From Phoronis australis (Eukaryota > Animalia > Phoronida), in assembly GCA_002633005.1 (NCBI GenBank), contig NMRA01000153.1, positions 495,557-559,556 on the forward strand: a stretch of 64,000 nucleotides of DNA, in the 5' to 3' direction. Under the pieces are notes generated by a model. It ran no database searches and had not been told where the DNA came from. It saw nothing but the letters and a program-made list of their open reading frames with translations. Of the stretch, positions 41,967 to 55,400 are shown one piece after another (positions within the stretch are counted from its first letter, which is position 1; each line of letters starts with the position of its first letter). The position numbers and the translations under genes are program-made.

Positions 41967-43464
41967 GTCGTTGAGTGCTTGCGTGGCTACCCTTTGCAAT
42001 CGAACACTACTCCAGGATATTGTCGCACGGGCGTGCGTATGTGCCGCAGGTCAGGCGCCGTTGTTTCGCTTCGTGAGGGGAAGTTTTCAGCAAACAAAAT
42101 GAATAGCTGTGGTTAAAAAAGTGACAGTGTTCGAAGATTTTGATAATCTGCTGTAATCAATAAAGAAACTTATGCTGCATATCTCGCGGTATTTTTGTGC
42201 AGCACACCTAGCAACAAGACGCGCTGAATCGATCAACCGGCCTGCTGAGAGGTTTGACCACCTGCAAAGAAGGATTATGGGTAATTACAAACTTACCGTA
42301 AAACTGCTGATATTTACTACTAGCATTTTGGTCGCGCATTGTTTGCATTACACGCTGCACAACACATACTCGCGCCTACGCCGATCGAGTAAAGGTATAG
42401 GGCTGTTGGGAAATCATCAGACATCCTGCTTTGTGAATAATGGCGACCGAAACGTGCTAAGTTTAATTCCGTAGTATATCGAGGGCAGCGAGGGCTGGCA
42501 CAGCCATTGATCGGCATGTATCGGAAGAAATGTGAGCCGCATGTTGAAATGGCCAACTTCAAAGGAAGTTAATATGAGAATGAAGCTGTAAACTAAGCCA
42601 AAAATAACACCGCTGAGATCCATTCCCACCTCAAAGAAAACAATAAGTGTTAAACTGACCGTCTGATTTAGTTGTCGACTCCATGAATTAATAGCATTCA
42701 TTATTCGCATTGGGTGAGATGGGATGATCCAAGATAACAGACATATTACCTAAACAGAGTCCAACATACCTTTAACAAAAAAACCTCGGTCGGGTTTTGA
42801 ATTTCAAGTAGACCGGCTAAATATCGCAAAAAACGCCTTTTGAAGATAATGACGTATGTACTGAGCATTGACGGCAGTCGACCCCAAACACTGAATTAAT
42901 GAAACTCGCCTTTGGCCGCGAACTAAGAAAAACTGTGTTTTGCTATAGATCACTTGTCGCAATATAATCTGTCTCAACTTGTTCATTACTCGGATGACTA
43001 GCGATGATTTGTGTTACGTAAGAATGAACTGGTGACTGGGCGGTGGCGGGTCAAGATCATGCTCTGCGTAAAATGACATCCCAACGTATCGAGCCCTCAG
43101 AATACACCTACGAGCCGGTAGTTCTTCTCTCTAGCCCAGGAACTGTTTCAAAACAAAGGAAGGAACCAGTTAAGATTAGTAACGGTAAGCTGTTTTAAAT
43201 CAACTTTTACAAAAGACGAGTTAACAGTCGGTTTAACTTAAACTTGAGCATTGATATTTGAGCTGGTTACTGCTTCAGCCTATTGAATCCCAGCGCTTGA
43301 GACTTAGACGAGCTAGAATGGTCTTCTCATGACAGACACCTGATTAGAAAAAAATAATATTTGCAGGCGATCTGGTACACCGTTCGTGCCAGACGTGCAG
43401 GCCGCTCATGTAGGCCCATTGCACTGATCACCTGGAACCATTTTTATGTTTTATTAATATGTAG

Positions 43465-43663
43465 TTGAAATCGAGCTGGGGATGTATACACCTGACTCAG
43501 GCGTCTAGCTGTGTGCCCCAGTGGGAATCGAACTGGGGATCGAGCTGGGGATGTATACACCTGACTCAGGCGTCTAGCTGTGTGCCCCAGTGGGACTCGA
43601 ACCCACTACCTTGTCGGAGCAAGGGAAACAGAGGCTTATCCCACTAGGCCACACTGCCTCCTC
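43465..43663 (-). mobile_element. tRNA-derived SINE with a tandemly duplicated (~69-bp period) body
   Basis: Minus strand has A box TGGCCTAGTGG and B box GGTTCGAGTCC without a convincing cloverleaf; the body is repeated at 43471-43533 and 43540-43602. Confidence 0.7.
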
Positions 43664-44499
43664 AAGACCTTGTTAGGGTGATTTATTCAACTTAAGACCG
43701 ATGTGGGCGGCTGACTATGTGATATCTACTCCATCGTTTGGGCCGTGTGCCTGCATGGTTACCCCCGACGACTTCCGTCTAACGACCTTGCAAGGATATC
43801 AAACCCGGTTTTGGCCCATTATCAGGTTTAAAAATGACTAAAACAAAATAATGCTCTGTAACCTTTGACAATTATCATAAATTTGGAGCAAGATTTGAAA
43901 ACGCCTTTGGCAAAGTGCTATACCGGCAAGCGTGACCTACTACGCTTTAGCGAGCTACGCTGTGGCGAAAGCCCACCCTGCAACGACGTGTGACATAGGG
44001 AGCATGATTTTTTTAGTTCAATCATGTTTTTATCACTCAAATGGGACACCAATTATACATCAACAGAAGACAGGTCGAGGTTTGGCTGAAATCACCAAAA
44101 CAGGGTTTAGTAACGATCCTTTTAAATTTTCCTCATATTTTCACTTCACGGTAATTGCCATCAAAGCGAAGCCTTTTTGTGACAAAAGGCTTTTTAGTTG
44201 TTTTTTTTCTCTATCTCATGAATGAATTAATGGTCACAGGGGTACTTTATAGGAGTCGGGGTAGGCTACCTACGCAAAGACTAGACGGCTCCGATCTATT
44301 CTGGCTCATGCTTGGACATAAAAACGACATCGAATAACTTAGCAACGAAGGCTGACCCTCCCATCAGGGGCCCATTTATTACAATAAATATCTTTTACTT
44401 TTGATTTCAAGTTGACGTCCGGTGGGTGACGCCGGTCAACGTCTTCGTATACTATCGCCGGTGTTTATTCGTAAAGCGCACTGCAGAACTCTAGACCAG

Positions 44500-44733
44500 G
44501 GGCCCGTTCCAGCAAAACTGACTTAGCTAAGACAAATCTTAAATTCTTGTAAATTTTAAAATAAAAGTTAAATTTGTCTCAAAACCAATTCAAGAAAGAG
44601 ATCTTAAGTTTGACTTAAGTGTTTGACACAAGTTTTTACTTACCGAATGTGGAAGTGTCCAAAGTTTGGAAGTGAAGACAAATCTTAAACTTAAGTCAAA
44701 AATGAACTTAAGTCAGTTTCTTGGAACAGGCCC
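44500..44733. mobile_element. PIF/Harbinger-like MITE
   Basis: GGGCCCGTTCCA...TGGAACAGGCCC with a perfect 3-bp CAG duplication on both sides. Confidence 0.85.
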
Positions 44734-44763
44734 CAGTTCTACAGTTCTGTGTTCGTATTTTAA

Positions 44764-45660
44764 AAAGTGTACGCAACATGACTCTAGTACCTCAAAATAA
44801 ATGTTATTATTATATCTTACTTGATTTCAGTGCCTTTAGTGCACAGCTCATAAAGAAACACGTAAAAATTGAAGAAAAAATTATGTACAACGTCATGGGT
44901 TGAACCCAAGTCGTTCGGCACACTGTTCGGGTCAGCAACTAAGTGTATAGAGTGAAGTGAAAGTAAAATATATTTAGCGTCGAGAAGGTTCGCAGAGGGA
45001 TGAAAAGATGTGTTTGCGGAGGCTGCAGCAACAACAGTCAGACGGAGAACGTCTCGGTGTTCCGAAGGACGCCAAAGTTGCGCAGTAGTGGCATCGCTTC
45101 GTGCGCCGAACGAGAGTGTGGGACCTCAGCGTGGACCAAGCGATTCTGTCCGGGGCCACTCCGTGCTCTGCCCACTTTGAGGAGTCGTGTTCAATATTTA
45201 CTATTCAGAAACATCGGCTCGTTGTTGGATGACTGGGTTGACTGGCAGAGCCCGAAGCCGCTTCTCTCGCGGGAGGATCCAGTTCGTAAGGCCTCAAAGT
45301 AGAAAAGTACGTAGCTGAAAACATATCAAACTCGTTCTCGCTTTCGTGCAACCCCATTTCGTCATCCTGGCCACCATTCTCGTACGTTTCTTCATAGTAT
45401 TTGTTCATTTGTTGCTCATAATCGTTGTCGCTTTCAAATTCCCTACTCTCCACCGTTGTTCAATGCTAGTCGCTGATCTCTTGTGTTCAACCCATGATGT
45501 CACATGGCGGAAAATGTGAAAATTGGCAAAATTGAAAGAGAAATCAAAATTTCGAGCTAATGACACAAAATAATCATGGATTTGGCTAAATTTTACGTCA
45601 TACATTTAGTCTGTGGCCACCGGTAATTCGAAATGTGCAAAAATCCATGGTGTGTACTGT
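44764..45660. mobile_element. Second, distinct internally deleted Kolobok-type element (897 bp)
   Basis: TTAA on both flanks; short imperfect TIR (AAAGT[GT]ACGCAACATG vs ACAGTACACACCATG); THAP remnant on + and a convergent acidic ORF with LRPYELDP on - (45453-45205). Confidence 0.7.
45000..45195 (+). pseudogene. Disrupted THAP domain
   Basis: MKRCVCGGCSN...VSVF / frameshift / KDAKVAQ*WHRFVRRTR...CSAHFEESC retains the C2CH signature with one frameshift and one stop. Confidence 0.85.
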
Positions 45661-45902
45661 TTAAATGCGCAGCACTAATTCGACACTTATCAGATTAGTC
45701 TGTTCACGTGATTTTCCACGAAAGAAGTCAATCACAGTAACTGAGGAACTTTATTTTATTTTCGGCTTACACAGAGTTAGTCAACTATAAAACCAGAGAA
45801 CTTTCGCTGAACATTACTTCTGACTTGTAACGAATTAAAACTCGATAACATGTAAAATTCAGTTTTGGACTTGACACTGACCAATCTGTCGCTGATTGGA
45901 TC

Positions 45903-45996
45903 TAACCTGGTTCCCGGGCCTCACAAGCTGACGTCACGGATTGCTTGTGAAGGTCCCCATCCAACCTCGAGAGTCTGTGCACTAATGAGGAGACTA
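45903..45996. mobile_element. 94-bp insertion with a perfect 10-bp TSD (unclassified MITE)
   Basis: TGATTGGATC at 45893-45902 and 45997-46006; termini TAACCTGG...GGAGACTA; internal hairpin CACAAGC...GCTTGTG. Confidence 0.65.
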
Positions 45997-47759
45997 TGAT
46001 TGGATCATACACATAATGACTTTGCGCATTTCCGGTAAAATATAAAAAAGAAAAAAACAAAACAAAGCTGGTACATTCGTAGAAACATATGGTATCAAAA
46101 ATTAAAAAAAGACTGTAAGTAGTCTAATGTCTTATAGTATGGTGCACAACACGTGGCAGGTTGTATGGTTACCCAATTGCACGAAACACCTGAGTAAGCG
46201 TGCCTGTACATTTCAAAAACATGGACAGGCTTTTCCATGTTGCCATGCACTATATGTTACACGCTTGTGCCGTTCAGGTGATCCATAGCCGACTGAACAA
46301 CACTAATCTGTACAACACTCAACAGTGGTCTGACGTTACGGTAACACTTCACACCATGCAACCCGTGCCCGCGGCCTTGACGTGCTCGTGTCGGGCTAGG
46401 TTACAGTAACCAGTTAAAATTTGAATCAAGTGTGTCTAATGTCCAATTTAGAAGACTCGAAAGGTCTTTTGAACCGTTTGGTTTGATCATATAGAGAAAT
46501 TTCTCCTTGTTTTTTCTGCAAGAGCCAATGTCCCGATTGGGCTACCACCAGCTGAATACCTAGCGGCCATACGCTCCTGCAGCATTCGTAATGTATTGTA
46601 GCAGGCCCAGTACGCAATGCATAACGCTTCGCCTCCCGTTTTCGTGAATTTGTCGGCATTTCCATTGCCATCAAGAGACTTAATCCAGTTTACAGGAACA
46701 GATCTCTCATCCGCAAGCTTGAAGCTCATTAATGCCAGCCGATCATTAGCACATCAGTCAATGAGAGTTCAACTTGAAGAGGCCGTCACGCCGGTCTATG
46801 TGGGCTTTCATGGTGTCAAGAAACGCCTGGAATTTCTTTTACTGTATACAGTTACGATACCTCAAACGCTGTCAATATTTTCCCAACATTTTTTTTTTGT
46901 TTTATACAGTTTGTGATTATTCATAAACTCCCAAAGTATCTTCATGCAAAAGTGAAACCGTTCAAAATAATTCTCACCGTGAAAATGGAGAACAGTGCAT
47001 GCAACAGTCAGTAAAAATTTCAATATGAATCCGGTGAGTTTTGACTATGCTGTTTGGATATACGCTATGTTTAAATGCTGTTCCAGTGTTATCCAAACCT
47101 TAGCCGTGCCAACTCTCCAAAACAGCACGCGTCAGTCTTCAGCGGCAAACGGCGGTTGAACTGGCACCTCTCACATGAGCTTTGCTCGAAAGTCGTTTAA
47201 TATATTTTCCGCCTTTTTTGGATTATTTCCCACAAAAACAAAATAGACTTCCGTAATAATCTTTACTAATTAGTGTCTGCCGGCACACGGCAACTATACT
47301 TTGCAGGCAAGGATGGTCATTTTCTAGTGGCGGCGGTTCGACATTTTAAGAAGGGATTTTCATTTTCACGAGTTTAACCCCTGTAAATTTTGTTGTTCGT
47401 GCACGGGAAATATTTTTGTCATTACCCAGGTTTTCCTCAAAGGGAACCATGTCGAGGAAGTTAGAATCAATGCATCCGCCCCCAGCGTCGGACTGAGTCG
47501 ATAGTCGACCTGTTCACTGCAAATCAAGCACACATCGGCAAGTTAGCAGTTGGAAAGACGAACAACCCGAAAACGAATCCATTTGGTCAGATTTTTGACC
47601 ACGCTAAGCTACAACTTGATTTGTATGCGCATTTCAACATTCACAATTGTTTTTTATATTCTTTATTTATGTATTTTTCATGATCAAAGACGAAAGGTCT
47701 CTGGCGGCTGAAAAGACAAAATGACATGCAACACCGCCAACAGCGACACCTTTTAAGCA

Positions 47760-48882
47760 CAGGCAGGCGCTTGGGTTTATCGCAAATGACGCCACTCAAT
47801 AATATATATATATAAGAAAACATAAAGGTTGGACACTTAAACTTTGCCAAGCCGAGGCTCCCAACTTCAACCGTCCAAAATCCAAATAAAATCTGCGTGC
47901 ACCTCCCTCAGTCTGGTGTTGCATAAACCTTCGAAGCCTTATCTTTCCTAGATCCCACTAACTGTCTTCGTGAGTAGTGAATTGGCGATGGAATTTCCAA
48001 AACAATCTCAAAACTCTGAATTCAAGGACCTGAAATAGTAAACATGGCAGATTTCAGTTGTGCTTCAACTTGTACGCCTGTTGTAGGTGAAACTTCGAGT
48101 TTGGGCAAGCAACCTATATTTCAAATTCAATAATTCTAATCCAAAACTCAACTAATTGAGAATGTTAAAGTTAGTATTTTAATGATTATTTGTAACTTTA
48201 TTCCACTGACGGCTCATTTTAGCCCTTAACTTAGAATTTTATTATATAAACTGGCGTATCTTATTTCTCATCTTGACATCACGCACTTTTTTGATTGAAG
48301 CACAACACACACTCGGCCAGGAAACCCAGCCCGTGCAAGTATTACAATGCGCGTGGCCGACGAGTTAACTCAATGGTTTTGGCCAAAAATAAAATCTTCA
48401 TAAGAAATCATAGTACACAAAAAACTTTGCATATCAATACAGTATCAGAATAATTCATATCTGACACAAATATGTGAGTAATTACATTTATTTGGCAATA
48501 AAGTGGTCTCTGCTTCTCATGATCAAGTAGTCGATGGATTGACGGCGAAAGCCGCGCGAAATTAGACTTTCGGATTTAGCTCGGGAGCGTCCGTCAAAAC
48601 CCGGATGTGCGAAGGCCATCTGCCATGACATCACGGAATTAGGTCCTTGAATTTGTGATTTTGGCATTCTTTTGGCATTTTTGTCGCCAAATCACCACTC
48701 GAAGGCAATTTGAAGAGATCAAATGAAAGAAGGTATTCTAAGAGTTGTTCGATGCTAGTTTCGTGGATTTCCGTGCACATTTGAGTAGAAAATTCTGAGC
48801 AAACAGATTTCGAGTGTCCAACCTTTATATTTTCTTATATATATTATTGTGTGACGTCATTTGCAATAAACCCAAGCGCCTG
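47760..48882. mobile_element. Non-autonomous DNA transposon (~1.1 kb) with ~75-bp TIRs, hAT-like
   Basis: CAGGCGCTTGGGTTTATCGCAAATGACG...AAAGGTTGGACACT is mirrored by AGTGTCCAACCTTT...CGTCATTTGCAATAAACCCAAGCGCCTG; flanks TTTAAGCA / TAAAAGCA match at 6/8 as a possible 8-bp TSD. Confidence 0.8.
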
Positions 48883-48885
48883 TAA

Positions 48886-49932
<1,047 letters not shown>

Positions 49933-50439
49933 TCCATCTAAGTCTGTTCTTAATTCTTTGTATACTAATCTTGTGATTTTGTAACTTTTTAGAAATTACA
50001 AAATACTGAAACTGCATTTTGTGTCGTATTTATTATTTTAAAGCCCCACTCATCGTCATCGTAGAAAACGTGGTTTGGTTTTGATGTGGAACCCTAAATG
50101 TTTTGGCTTTTTAAAACACATGGCTGCACCATGGACTGACTGCAGTTCATTGATTCTTTCACTGGGAAAATCTATCAACGTCGACTGATTTATTTGGAGT
50201 TTGAAATTTGTGACTTTGACTTTAGTTAACTAGCACTGTGTGATGCAACAGGGCAGATTTCATCTAGAGGTGATATCTGCCTTGTCTGAGCGAGAAGAAA
50301 ACGCCACGAAAGGTCAAATTGACTGCTTCTAGTTTTTGGATAGACTGTGTTAACATCATGCTGTTTTGAAAATTATACTCTTTTTTTAACGTTTATTACG
50401 AAATATTCAGAATACAATGAATATACTCTAATAGGCCTG

Positions 50440-50720
50440 GGGTTTGTTCCAGGAAAAGTGACTTGAAACTAAAGCCGGAAATTTGGTCTAATTCGCACTC
50501 CACAAACAAATCTGAAAAATAATTAAATCAGTCACTTAAGCAACAATAGCAAGTCTCGGAGAACATTGCCATTACTTCTAGTTATTTGTAAAAATTATTT
50601 ATAGGTTATAATGTTCTAATAATTACATGGCTAAACCTTTACTTAGCAATTGTGAAGTTGGAGTGTGAGACCAAGTTTCTGTCTTAATACGTCTCTAGTC
50701 ACTTTTAATGAAACCAACCC
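50440..50720. mobile_element. Old Harbinger-like MITE
   Basis: GGGTTTGTTCCA..AAAAGTGACT is mirrored by AGTCACTTTT..TGAAACCAACCC; CTG/CAG flanks. Confidence 0.6.
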
Positions 50721-52455
50721 CAGGTAACGAATCACTCATGAAATTGTACAAAATATGTAGTGCAGGAGAGCACACTTCATTGATAGTGTAACTCAGAATA
50801 TATTTCTCTATTCTTGATTTTGAATATCAACAAGGTGAATGTCTTTGAATCATCATTGCTGTAAAACAATAACTGTTCACAAAGCATGGAACAGAATACT
50901 ATCTCTTAAAAGTCAAAATGACAGTGATTATTTAGTCGCTATAAAACGTGTTCGTGTGTCGAAACAACTTTTCACAGGTATTTTTGCTCTTGCAAAGCTT
51001 ACCGGTAATTTGTTCTTATCCTTTGGTTAAAATGAAATTTGTTGCGTGGAAGTCCCGCCAAGCAATTCAACTGCTTCAATGGCACAATCAACTGCTTCAA
51101 TGGCACAATCTAACCAGGCATGACTAGCAAACTTCATGAGAGTTGTCTAATAACACTAACAAACTGTCAGTTGCTCTGAAGCCAATTTGATGACTGTGAC
51201 TGGCCAATTTGTTCTGCATTTCAATTTCTGAGTTAAAAGCTGTTCAAGGGCAAAACACAAAAAAGTGAGTAATGCACACTCATTTTGGCAGATTTATAGA
51301 AAATGACATTGTAACTGGTTATAACAGGTTTATTCCTAAAAAGCTCTCATATTGACTTAACTTTGGTACGAGATGAGCATCGATGTCAACAATGAAGTAA
51401 ATAGAACCGTTCGTACTTGCTTTGGTAGTTAATTGACATCGGACTGAGGATTCGGTGGCGCTGTCATTACCAACGCTGTTGCCTTGCCACCTTCACACTC
51501 GGTTGCCTTTTCTTGTTCCCATACTCAACCTGCATTACTAGGTAGGTTGAGAGGTGAAACAAGTTATTGCCAAGGTAGCACTGTTGCATAAGCTGAATGA
51601 TCTTAGTTTTTGTACAGCGAGGATGTCCCGTGTGCGATGAGTATTTTTTCAGTATGGCACATTGAGAACCTCAACAATGAAATAGTGACATGTAAGTGAT
51701 TTTTTCTTTGTCAGGTCCTTATTTGATCAAAATATTGGTAAATATTAGCGAGAATACATTTTGGTAAGACTTAAGTTAATCGTTCAAATCCACCTGTTAA
51801 CTGACAAGTAAATTGGAGCCGTTAACTTCGACCCAGGACCAAAGTTAGGCGTTCATACTGAATTCAACACCGCAAAACATCGGCGCATCGACGTTATTGT
51901 GAAAGGTCCAATAAATTAGAAGACTTATTTTTGTGTTGTTTTTGCACAATTACTGAACCACACGACATTTTAATAGACAAACTACAGTTCTACATGATCA
52001 GTTACCAAGATCTGATAAAGCCTCCCAAGTCGTGAGAAATAGAAAACAAACTTGACAGCATAAAATTAATAAAACAAGTCGTCAGTGATTAAAATGTTCA
52101 AATGTATTAGTAATATTAATTGTTATACAGTATATTCAGAAGCAATTGCATTCAACCTATAACAGGCAACGAAGTAGATAACAGTGAGCACCGCCTCTTC
52201 AGATAGTATATAAAATGCTGAGTGGCTACACAACTCCAGCAATGTCTGGATATTGCATATTGCTTCTCCTGCTAGTCCATGCTTGAAATGAAGTGTCTAC
52301 AAATGGCATTAGTGATATAAAGAAGCCGTTGAAGTTTCACCCAGGTACGTCCCAGTACAGTGTGACCGTGCACATTTTTACATCAACTTTGTAACTGCCT
52401 GGATCCATTATGAAGCTGGTCATGACGACGCGCAGTATTGATGGAATGACAGGAT

Positions 52456-55400
52456 TTACTGGCCAGGCGCTGACAGACTTTTGTCCATAAACTTTCTCTT
52501 GGCAAAGCACATCCACCACTGAAAAAAGGGAGAGTTTCATTGAGTGAAAATGGCTTCTAAATGTCAAGAAGCCCTGTAATGCGTAGCCAACCTATTTCAC
52601 GTGACTTTCAAAATAGGAGATTTGAAACTTGTTTGGCCGAGTTTTCTCATTTATAGACCAACCACGGAGGTGAAATGTGAACAGATATTTGTTGTTTTAC
52701 ACTTAATGCTCTTTAAACGTGTGCCTAACCAGATTGAAAAATGAATCATTCTCCATTTTGAAAGCAACATTACTGAGTTTTGGTTGGTCATACTTTGTTA
52801 AGAAACACTTCCAAGTGGAACTCAAAAGACTACAAAATTACTGGAGTTCCGGATTCAGCAGTGTCGATTTCCTAAACATGCAAATACATTGAGGCTTGCC
52901 AGAAAAAATAACAAATGCACCCATCATGTCCATCGTAAATGGTAAATATATAAAGGGTGCTATTTTTCAAACGTGTCCACACACTAGTGAACAAAACTAG
53001 TGAACTTGAAAGTGAGTCTATGGGATGCAGTGGTAGTCACCAGATAACTGGCGAATACAATCCTGGTAGATGTTGAGATTGATACTCTAAGACAAATAAA
53101 ATTACAACTATGAAACTATAGAAACACATTCATCAACTTTGATCTAATTCTTCAAACCACTGAACAGATAAATGAAAGTCCGATAACAAAAATTACAAAA
53201 ACAAACACCAAGTTTACTAAAATTGCCACTAGGAGTGAAGAACATGTTGGAGCTTGGCAAATATATAGGTGGGTAAATCCTCTCTTTCATAGAAACATGT
53301 CAACCAAATGTCGCGAAGATCCTTCAAGTGGTTTGGTAAAGAAAAGGGCAGACGGTGAATACCTGAATGTGATGACACACACACACAGATATTTATGTGG
53401 ATGAAAAACTTTTGATGTAAAAATTTTATGATAAAAGGATTAAGTTAAAAAAGAAGATTTGCAGGTTTTTGTACTAAGCAAAAGTATGTTGTATGTTCTG
53501 GCATTGTCGTCACATGTGACTCAAAAGGCAACATGGAAAGAACGCAGGTGTGTTTTTATTGAAAACAACTGCTATTCTGTCTCTTACTAAACCACGATCA
53601 AAGAAAATTAGAACTGCTAAGGGCTTATAATGGGAGAACATGGGCATATACAGGGATATACTAAGCCACTCGCTCAGCCACCAATGCAAGTAAAAACTGC
53701 AGATGTACACTGTCGTTCCCCAGTTTTTTCCAGAGTTCAAATGAATAAAAGTCTCTTCCCCGTGATATTTTTATCCTGAATTTAAGGTTAATTTTGGTCT
53801 GTGTTTTGCTGCTCAAGCAGTAAAAAACATTGATGTGGCAAACTCACCAATACATGTGACAGTATTGGCGGATATCTTTACCATCTTCCCTGTTTAGCTG
53901 CCCAGTATAATTTTGTGACAGTATTGGCGGATATCTTTACCATCTACCCTGTTTAGCTGCCCAGTATAATTTTGTGACAGTATTGGCGGATATCTTTACC
54001 ATCTTCCCTGTTTAGCTGCCCAGTATAATTTTGTTTCTAATGGGTCCGCATCAGTCAGAACAATTTTTTCCAATTGAGTCTGAAAAATCTATGACATCGA
54101 GGACTGAAGACCCGGGGAGTGGAAAATTGGCAGTGGTGTAAAGGTGTTGTGGGGGGGGGTCTGCAAAGAGAAGAATAAATGTTCGCAAACTACAATTTTG
54201 CGCCAGTGAGTTGCAATAGCTGGCTAAGGGCATGGAACATAGGACCTAGAAAACATCGAGCCGGGGAAACATCAAAACAGGAGATTATCGGGTCTGAAGA
54301 ACATTAGGTGCTGGAAACATCGCAAAGCATCGGAACTAAGTTCATTGTCAAATAAACACCCAGGTGCTTAACAGAGCCAAGCCAATTTTACTCTTTTATT
54401 CAGGACTGTCGCCGTTCTCTTTTGACGTGCAACTTTGGAGTGGTGTTCAGGCTTGAAGTCCCACACTTGAATTGTGGGGTATATGTTACTTTGCCAGCAA
54501 CATGTGAGTGACAGATGACTCATGCACATGTGAGCGTCAGCCTGGCCAGAAGCAAGGGCTCGGGAGTTTCTTCACTACTCGAAACCACTCTGTTGAAAGA
54601 CAAGTCGTGGCCGTTGTTTGGTCACTTACACGATGTCCTGTGCCATAAAAAATGAGACTCGCGTTGAAACAGGTTGTTAATTGTACTTGACGGCATTTCC
54701 TAGTCACAATCGTCTGCCAGAACATTGCGTGCAAACAGCGACATTGTTGGGCATAGCTCACAAGAAAAATAAATACGTTTTCCCACCACAATGTTTGGTA
54801 AATTGATCGTTTAAGAATTAGTATGAACATGGCTGCTTTAAGATGTTTAATCACGGGTTTAATACTTAGTTGGCTGTGAGTGGAACAATGGATAGCAATC
54901 AAAAATCATTTTCCTATAGCGAGCTCTTTTTGTGGAACTCTCTCCCTGCAGATGCCAAATCTACATCCTCCTTTCTAACCTTTAAAAGAATTATAAGAAA
55001 TAGATTTAACTTCATGTAGTATCTAAGAATTGCATGTTTATTCATTTGTTATTTATATAATGTCTTACTTTTATTAATTATTTATTGTCTGTTTTAATTT
55101 TTTATATTTATATTTATTTTTAGTTAATTATCTTGTCTTAATTTCTTTATCTTCTATTTATCATATTTTATTTTTTATTTTGCTTCATCAGTCTTTCCGT
55201 GTTAATTTCTTATTCTTTGCTTATTACTTAAATTTGTCTTTCATTTTGTAATTCTGTTTTTGTCTTACTATCTGTTTGTTTTTTCTGAGGGCCCCCATGG
55301 AAAGCAGTGTGAACTGATGGGGCTACCCTCATTGTAAATATTACATTAATTAATGAGTGGTCTTGCATCATTTCGGCCAGCTTCAATTATTTGATTCATT

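Noticed and set aside
41967-42053. XL-alpha-s-like N-terminal extension of the distal exon
   Set aside because: The ORF-track start at 41999 is TTG, there is no upstream in-frame ATG, and an in-frame stop lies at 42053-42051.
46426-46916. Overlapping ORFs as a possible gene
   Set aside because: No recognisable domain or convincing exon boundaries; a decayed repeat or chance ORFs are more likely.
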